Shown here one piece after another: positions 36,652 to 42,423 of a DNA stretch of 42,423 bases. The translations under genes and the position numbers were made by a program. The stretch's first letter is position 1. Each line of letters begins with the position of its first letter. The DNA is from Escherichia phage Ec1-ASingh. A model generated the notes under the pieces. It did no database searches. It saw only the letters and a program-made list of their open reading frames with translations, and was not told where the DNA came from. The stretch is from the sequence record PQ561394; one strand, given 5' to 3'.

Positions 36652-37358
36652 TGAAATCAGTGAGCAACGACGAGTGGCCGGAGCTGGCGAAGCGTCTGCC
36701 TGTAGGACAAAAGCGAAGGACGTTTCACAGTTGCTCGCGGTCATTCAACAAGACCAACTTCGAGTACGGTCGTGCGCCGGATTACATCTGGTGCAAGTGC
36801 CACCGCTGCGGGTACAGCCGCAAGCATGACTTAACCCATGCTGTGTATGTGCCGCCAGCGGAGGTGCAAGTGAAGGTGCCAACGGATGTGGTGCCTATCA
36901 CTGAGGTGATTGCCAAGCAGCCGCGCTTGCTGCTGCCAGTGCTGGAGCGGGAGAACCTGATGCCGCACCTGTCTATCCTGACTGCAAGCCCAACGTATGG
37001 CAGGCTGTATCTGCCGGACGACACGGGCAGTTACTGTGGTCTGGACTACACGGGCAGGCAGTTCATCCCGTGGCGCTCGCCGCACAAGCACAGCTTGGCA
37101 ATGAAGGTCAGCCCTCGCGGTAATGCTGAGACCAACTGCCTCTGGATTTATGGTGAGGTGGACGAGTATCTCCAGCAGGTACGCGACGGCGGCAACTGCG
37201 CGTTCGTTCCCAACGTGGACGACTCAACGTTGCAGGCGCTGGTCAGTGTGACGCTGGCGTATGGATACAACCTCGTGGTTATCTGCCACCACCCAAGTGC
37301 TCAGCGCATACGCCGGGAGCTGCGTGTCGTTGGGCGTGTGCAAATCGTAGGAGAGTGA
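36648..37358 (+). CDS. DNA primase (zinc-ribbon containing)
   Basis: 236 aa; Cys/His cluster HSCS...CKCHRCG near N-terminus; position immediately upstream of helicase. Confidence 0.6.
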   Translation: MMKSVSNDEWPELAKRLPVGQKRRTFHSCSRSFNKTNFEYGRAPDYIWCKCHRCGYSRKHDLTHAVYVPPAEVQVKVPTDVVPITEVIAKQPRLLLPVLERENLMPHLSILTASPTYGRLYLPDDTGSYCGLDYTGRQFIPWRSPHKHSLAMKVSPRGNAETNCLWIYGEVDEYLQQVRDGGNCAFVPNVDDSTLQALVSVTLAYGYNLVVICHHPSAQRIRRELRVVGRVQIVGE

Positions 37359-37359
37359 T

Positions 37360-38625
37360 GTGCTTGACAAGCTGTTGTTAACGGTGATGCGCGAGCGCGG
37401 GAAGTATAACTCCCTGCGACACGCCATCCCGGAAGATACAATGAGCCAGACCACGGGCTATATGCTGCGTGCTTACGGCTCATACTTTGACGCGTTCCCG
37501 GACAGTGACTTCATTGACATTGAGACACTGGGTACGCACGTTCGTTTAAAGACAGGCAGCACGCCTGAACAGATGGCAGCCTTCGATTCATTGTGCGCTC
37601 AGCTCAAAGAGTATCAGCCCACGAAGGAACAGAAGGAAGGCATCCTTGACCAGCTCGTAGAGTTGGACACCGCTGGCCGTGCGAACCTGCTGATGCAGAG
37701 GTACGACAATGGTGAAGAACTGGATATTATCTATGAGCTTGGCCGTCTGGCTGAGGGCGCACGCCGCAGTCGGGGCCAATCATCAGTTACCGATTACGTC
37801 GATGACGATGTGGTTGACATTATTAATCGCACTGATGATGACCAAGGTTTTAAGTTCGGTCTCATGTGTCTGCAAGATAGCGTACGCGTACTGCTTCCCG
37901 GCGACTCCGTTGCAATCGCTGCCCGACCTGACAGTGGGAAGACCAGCTTCATCGCGTTTAACCTTACGCGAATGGCGGCGACAGCGGCGAAGCTGTATCC
38001 GGGCAGACCAATCCTGTGGTTCAACAACGAAGGGCAGGGCATCAACATCATCCCGCGCATCTATCAGGCGGCGCTCAACTGTACGCTCCCGGAACTGAAA
38101 GAGCTGGGCGAGGACAGGAGCAAGCTGCACGCTGCGTACGCCAAAGCACTGGGTGCGCCAGCCAACGTGATTCGTGTGAAGGATATGCACGGCGCGACGC
38201 TGGCGAAAGCTGAGCAGGTTATCGAAGCGATGAACCCGTGCATCGTGGTGTGGGATATGCTTGCCAACTTCAAGCTGTCTGTGTCTGACCCGTCGAGCAA
38301 CAAGGCGAGTCAGGTTGAGCAGCTATGGCAGGAGGTACGTGAGCTGGCAGTGCGACACAACTTCGTGTCACTGGCTACGGTTCAGGTATCAGCCGATGGT
38401 GCCGACGATATGTTCCCGGCGCTTGACGCATTGAAGGATTCCAAGACTGGTATCCAAGGGGCGACTGATGTTATCGTGATGCTCGGCAGCGTGGATGACC
38501 CATCGCTGGCGGCGCGGCGCGGTGTCAGTACGCCGAAGAACAAACGCCAGATTGCTGGGCGTCCAAGCAACGTGCGGTCACAGGTACACTTCTTTGCTGA
38601 CCGCTGCCAATATGAGGATATGTAA
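37360..38625 (+). CDS. replicative DNA helicase (DnaB / T7 gp4 helicase-like)
   Basis: 421 aa; Walker A-like AARPDSGKTSF; GTG start after AGGAGAG. Confidence 0.75.
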   Translation: MLDKLLLTVMRERGKYNSLRHAIPEDTMSQTTGYMLRAYGSYFDAFPDSDFIDIETLGTHVRLKTGSTPEQMAAFDSLCAQLKEYQPTKEQKEGILDQLVELDTAGRANLLMQRYDNGEELDIIYELGRLAEGARRSRGQSSVTDYVDDDVVDIINRTDDDQGFKFGLMCLQDSVRVLLPGDSVAIAARPDSGKTSFIAFNLTRMAATAAKLYPGRPILWFNNEGQGINIIPRIYQAALNCTLPELKELGEDRSKLHAAYAKALGAPANVIRVKDMHGATLAKAEQVIEAMNPCIVVWDMLANFKLSVSDPSSNKASQVEQLWQEVRELAVRHNFVSLATVQVSADGADDMFPALDALKDSKTGIQGATDVIVMLGSVDDPSLAARRGVSTPKNKRQIAGRPSNVRSQVHFFADRCQYEDM

Positions 38626-38966
38626 TGAGCAGACTGAAAGTAGGCGACCGCGTAGTAAACGTAGATAAGGGCAGTTTGCATTACGGTGCGACTGGCACCA
38701 TCGTGGATGTGAGCGACCGCTACATCAGCATCAGCCGTGATGATGGTGCGCGGGGTTCCGGTGTCGGCGGCTCATGGACTGCGCGGCCCAAGTCTTGGCA
38801 GCTCGCAGAGGTAGCTGAGCCAGTACAACCTGTCGAGGACTGGAGCTATGCAGAAGCTGAACGACTGTATCAGGCAGCGTGTGATGCCATGTCGGTATAC
38901 AATCAGTACGTCGAGCGCAAGCCTACGACCAACTACCTTCCCGGTTCCACGCCGAGTAAGTGGTGA
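38625..38966 (+). CDS. hypothetical protein
   Basis: 113 aa; ATGA overlap with helicase stop. Confidence 0.55.
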   Translation: MSRLKVGDRVVNVDKGSLHYGATGTIVDVSDRYISISRDDGARGSGVGGSWTARPKSWQLAEVAEPVQPVEDWSYAEAERLYQAACDAMSVYNQYVERKPTTNYLPGSTPSKW

Positions 38967-39130
38967 AGGGGCGCAGCTATCGCCGTTGCTCTTGCGGCGG
39001 CAGCCTGCTGACTGAGCAGGTAAAGGGCAAGGCCACTGGCAAAGTGCTGGTGATTTATGAATGTGAAAAGTGTGGAGTAAAGCAGTATGGAAGAACGCAC
39101 GTATCGAGCGGCACCCTTAAACCAACGTGA
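38963..39130 (+). CDS. possible small zinc-ribbon protein
   Basis: 55-aa GTG-initiated ORF with CSCGG ... CEKCG (two Cys pairs); overlaps the 39087 ORF in another frame. Confidence 0.3.
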   Translation: MKGRSYRRCSCGGSLLTEQVKGKATGKVLVIYECEKCGVKQYGRTHVSSGTLKPT

Positions 39131-39278
39131 GCAGGCTACCATCCGGGCGCAGTACCGGAAGGGTGATGCGTTCCGTGGTGCTGAGGCGCTGGCTGAGCGA
39201 TTCAATGTGCCGCCTGCTGATGTGGTGGCAGTAGTGAACTTCACTTATCGTAAGGGGAAACAGAAGCATGACAAGTAA
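39087..39278 (+). CDS. small HTH (sigma-70 region-4-like) DNA-binding protein
   Basis: 63 aa; GGAG RBS; LNQREQATIRAQYRKGDAFRGAEALAERFNVPPADVVAVV resembles region-4/LuxR-type HTH. Confidence 0.45.
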   Translation: MEERTYRAAPLNQREQATIRAQYRKGDAFRGAEALAERFNVPPADVVAVVNFTYRKGKQKHDK

Positions 39279-39951
39279 TGCCGAAGTCAAGCGCGTGTGG
39301 GCAGAAGATATCTGCCGTCTGCTGCAATCCGAAGAACTGAACTTCGTGGTTGCCGGGGGAGGGGCAAGGGATACCGCGCTGGGTGTTGAGCCGAAGGACT
39401 ATGACATTGTGGTCTTCGGTTGGGGTAGCGACATAAGCCGTGTGGTTGGCCGACTGGACTGGCTGGACTCCAGACTGGAGGACTATGCCAAGCAGCACAA
39501 CCTGCCGTACGAGTTCATGCCAAGCTACCACGACGCGAGCGAAGGCGGCGACTTCGGTTCCCGTCTGTATGGTGTGTTCAAGTTAGGCCCGGTCGATATC
39601 ATCGTGAGCAAGTGTGGCTGCTGGTCACAGGTGCTGGGTGAGTTCGACTTCAACCTGAACCAGTTCTACTTCCCGTCCAGTATCCCGCGATACTCCGGGC
39701 AGTACAGCCGAGACCCCGGCGAGTTCATGGCTTACCCGTATGAGCCGAAGCTGACCGCCGACGATGTGCAGTGGTATCCGGCGCTGGCCAGTCTGGTTGG
39801 AAGCTACGACGACCTGCTGACGCTCCGTGTCTGCCGACCGGATGCCAGCCTGAGTCGCATGGCCTACATGCTGGAGAAGCATGAGAAGCTGCTGCCGTCT
39901 ATTCAGGAGTACGTGAACAGTAAGCCTGACCACTTAGGTGGCCAAGCATAG
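39268..39951 (+). CDS. Pol-beta superfamily nucleotidyltransferase, CCA-adding/poly(A)-polymerase head-domain-like
   Basis: VVAGGGARDTALGVEPKDYDIVVFG matches the GGxVRD...DxD head-domain signature; EFDFNLNQ resembles the RRDLTINA motif but lacks the Arg pair; 227 aa, head-only. Confidence 0.6.
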   Translation: MTSNAEVKRVWAEDICRLLQSEELNFVVAGGGARDTALGVEPKDYDIVVFGWGSDISRVVGRLDWLDSRLEDYAKQHNLPYEFMPSYHDASEGGDFGSRLYGVFKLGPVDIIVSKCGCWSQVLGEFDFNLNQFYFPSSIPRYSGQYSRDPGEFMAYPYEPKLTADDVQWYPALASLVGSYDDLLTLRVCRPDASLSRMAYMLEKHEKLLPSIQEYVNSKPDHLGGQA

Positions 39952-39961
39952 CGGAGGACTG

Positions 39962-42423
39962 ATGGCAATTCGAGCACAGGTGATTGACGTTGAGACCGAG
40001 AACCACGAGTGGTATGGGGAGCTGGCATCGCCGCGCTGCCCGGATAACTACGTGGTGATGCAGGGCCAGCGTGACTGTGTGCTGACCAAGGATGGCTGGG
40101 TGTTCTACGAGCGCGAGGAATACCGGTACAGTTCGAGGGAGGATTGGTTGCAGAACAAGAGCCTGCACCTGCATCCCGACACGAACATTCTGGTAGCCCA
40201 CAACGCGCCGTATGAATTGAGTTGGTGGTTCGAGCATTACGGTGACGAGTTCATCGCCTTCCTCAAACGAGGTGGCCGTGTATTCTGTACGGCGTATGCT
40301 GAGTATCTGCTGACGCACCAACAATCCCAGTACCCATCCTTGAACGAGACAGCACCGAAGTATGGTGGTACTCACAAGGTGGATGCAGTCAAGGCAATGT
40401 GGGAGTCGGGATACCTGACCAGCCAGATTGACCCTGAGCTGCTGAGCGAATATCTGTCCGGGCCGTCCGGCGATATAGAGAACACGACCAAGCTGTTCGT
40501 TGGTCAGTGGGCTGAGCTGACGAAGCAGGGCATGTTGCCAATGGCACTGACCCGGTTCGAAGGTATGCTCATGTGGGCGTACATGATGCACGCTGGTCTG
40601 CACGTTGACCGCGAGGTTGCCGAGCGCAACCGCCGTGAGTTGCAGGATGCAATCAGTGGGCTGACTGATACGCTGCTGAGTTACCTGCCAGCCGACATGC
40701 CACAGGAAGCGCGTGACCAGTTCAAGTTCACGTCAGCTTACCACATGAGTGCGTTCGTGTTCGGCGGCGTGATGAAGTACAAGGCGCGAGTCGAGCGCCG
40801 GGATGGGGATGGCAATCTCATTTACGTCAAGGTGGATGCACCACTGTTCAAGCGTGGCAAGGACAAGTGGGTCAAGCATACCAACGAGTGCGAGTGGGAT
40901 GCCGAGACCGGGCTATGGTATGACCCGGTTGAGAAGGTACACCAGACCATCTACACCAGTGGGAAGAACAAGGGTGCGCCCAAGTTCGAGAAGCTGGCAA
41001 CGGATGAAGTGGATACCAAGTGGGGTGAGGTGCTGTTCCGAATGCCGGGCCTCCTGCGTGTGCAGGACAAACGAGCGAAGGAGATTGCAGACAACCTCGA
41101 ATGGGAAGACCCGAAGCGACCGGGTGAATACCTGCGGCGCACGGGTGACTGGGTTGGTAAGCGCAGGCTTGCCGATGGCAGTCCGGTATTCAGTACGGCG
41201 GGTGAGGTGCTGGACATTCTGGCAGCTCGTAAGATTCCCGGCGTGGTGGAGATTGCCGACCGAGCCAAGGCACAGAAAGACCTCGGCACTTACTACCTGA
41301 GCGAGACGTTCGATGAAGAAGGGAACGTGACTGGCCAGTCGGGGATGATGCAGTTCATCCAGCCGGACAGTATCGTACACCACACCATCAACATGACCGC
41401 GACGGAGACGACGCGCCTATCATCGGCGCGACCTAACAGTCAGAACTTGCCACGTAAAGGCACGAGTAAAGTTAAGCAGATGTTCACCTCCCGCTTTGGT
41501 GAGGGTGGCCGCATCGTTGAGGCTGACTACTCGGCACTGGAAGTGGTGGGGCTGGCAGGGTTCAGCAAGGATAAGAACCTGATTCGTGCATTGCTCGACG
41601 GTATCGACATGCACTGTATGCGTCTGTCAGCTCAGCTCAACGAGCCATACGAGGACGTGCTTAAGAAGTGCAAGGATGAATCCCATCCTGACCATGCACG
41701 ATACAGTCAGATGCGTACTGACATTAAGCCGAAGGCGTTCTCATACCAGTATGGTGCAACAGCGCGAGGCATTGCGTACTCGACTGGTTGCTCTGAGGAA
41801 GAAGCTCAAGCGTTCATCGACAACGAGAAGGGTCTGTTCCCGGAAGTTGAAGAATGGTTCGACTCGGTTATCTTCCCAGCCGTAGAGAAAAGTGGACAGA
41901 GCAATGTGTTCAAGGAGCAGGACGAGAACGGAAGATGGCAGGTGTATCGCCGTGGTCACTTCCGGTCGCCGGGTGGAACTTGTTATTCATTCCGTCAGTA
42001 CGAGAAATGGAACAAGGCGGCGCGTGCTCACCTGATGGAATACAAACCAACTCAGATGCGTAACTATCCGATTCAGGGTGAGACCGCATTTTGGGTACAG
42101 GGAATCGGTGGCCTGCTGTTCCGCTGGCTGCTATCGAACGACTTCTTTGGTGGGCGTGTGGTTCCCATCAACCAAGTGCATGACGCATTCTATTTCGACA
42201 TTGCGCCTGACTGCCCTCACGAGTTCTTCGTTGGACTCAAGGCAATCATGGAGAGCATCCCGGAATACTATAACCACGTATGGCCAGAGTATAACCTGAC
42301 AGTGCCGTTCCCGGCAGAGGTGGAAGCAGGGCCAAGCATGTACGAGAAGCACCACGTAGAGACGACAGCCGATGAAGTGCTGGAGTTTAAGAGACAATTC
42401 CTGACGAGTAAGGGTATCGCAAT
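39962..42423 (+). CDS. DNA polymerase, family A (T7 gp5-like); 3' end runs off the window
   Basis: Open frame from ATG 39962 to window end; motifs DYSALEV (motif A), KAFSYQYGA (motif B), VHDAFYFD (motif C); appears to terminate via ATA-TGA spanning the window end into positions 1-4. Confidence 0.9.
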   Translation, partial: MAIRAQVIDVETENHEWYGELASPRCPDNYVVMQGQRDCVLTKDGWVFYEREEYRYSSREDWLQNKSLHLHPDTNILVAHNAPYELSWWFEHYGDEFIAFLKRGGRVFCTAYAEYLLTHQQSQYPSLNETAPKYGGTHKVDAVKAMWESGYLTSQIDPELLSEYLSGPSGDIENTTKLFVGQWAELTKQGMLPMALTRFEGMLMWAYMMHAGLHVDREVAERNRRELQDAISGLTDTLLSYLPADMPQEARDQFKFTSAYHMSAFVFGGVMKYKARVERRDGDGNLIYVKVDAPLFKRGKDKWVKHTNECEWDAETGLWYDPVEKVHQTIYTSGKNKGAPKFEKLATDEVDTKWGEVLFRMPGLLRVQDKRAKEIADNLEWEDPKRPGEYLRRTGDWVGKRRLADGSPVFSTAGEVLDILAARKIPGVVEIADRAKAQKDLGTYYLSETFDEEGNVTGQSGMMQFIQPDSIVHHTINMTATETTRLSSARPNSQNLPRKGTSKVKQMFTSRFGEGGRIVEADYSALEVVGLAGFSKDKNLIRALLDGIDMHCMRLSAQLNEPYEDVLKKCKDESHPDHARYSQMRTDIKPKAFSYQYGATARGIAYSTGCSEEEAQAFIDNEKGLFPEVEEWFDSVIFPAVEKSGQSNVFKEQDENGRWQVYRRGHFRSPGGTCYSFRQYEKWNKAARAHLMEYKPTQMRNYPIQGETAFWVQGIGGLLFRWLLSNDFFGGRVVPINQVHDAFYFDIAPDCPHEFFVGLKAIMESIPEYYNHVWPEYNLTVPFPAEVEAGPSMYEKHHVETTADEVLEFKRQFLTSKGIA

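Noticed and set aside
40803-41300. 165-aa + strand ORF in an alternative frame inside the DNA polymerase gene
   Set aside because: Out of frame with the polymerase, whose frame carries conserved family-A motifs; Arg/Ser-rich translation typical of an off-frame artefact.
1-42423. Searched for CRISPR arrays, integrase/attachment sites, transposases and toxin-antitoxin pairs
   Set aside because: No direct-repeat/spacer arrays, no recombinase or transposase signatures and no lysogeny module were seen; the genome looks strictly lytic.

Overview
The window reads as a complete, rotated genome of a T7-supergroup podophage with phiKMV-like gene order (Autographiviridae-type). All credible genes are on the + strand. 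The single-subunit RNA polymerase (5279..7711) sits at the end of the DNA-metabolism block, directly upstream of the structural block: portal, scaffold, capsid, tail tubular A/B, three internal virion proteins, tail fibre/tailspike, terminase small and large. A lysis cassette follows the terminase (GH108-type endolysin 28301..28837). The likely genome end lies at about 28.9-29.6 kb: a ~360-bp adenine-depleted tract, then an AT-rich block, then four tandem sigma70-like early promoters (29.58-30.01 kb). The early region (30.5-36.2 kb) is packed with small, mostly acidic ORFs, followed by primase, helicase, a Pol-beta-type nucleotidyltransferase and a family-A DNA polymerase that runs off the 3' end of the window. 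It appears to continue into position 1 through an ATGA stop/start overlap. The most interesting signals are: (i) a four-fold tandem cassette array (hairpin, GGCAATnnTGCC box, Shine-Dalgarno, small acidic protein) at 31.9-33.6 kb; (ii) a CCA/poly(A)-polymerase-head-like nucleotidyltransferase just upstream of the DNA polymerase; (iii) a conserved 13-21-nt motif (ATGAARGTGTCTA) in four copies, one inverted at the genome end; (iv) a lysis cassette with no canonical holin. Product names rest on motifs I could read in the translations, plus size and synteny; no database search was run. Host and exact phage genus are not determinable from sequence alone (GC-rich, enterobacterial-style codon usage).
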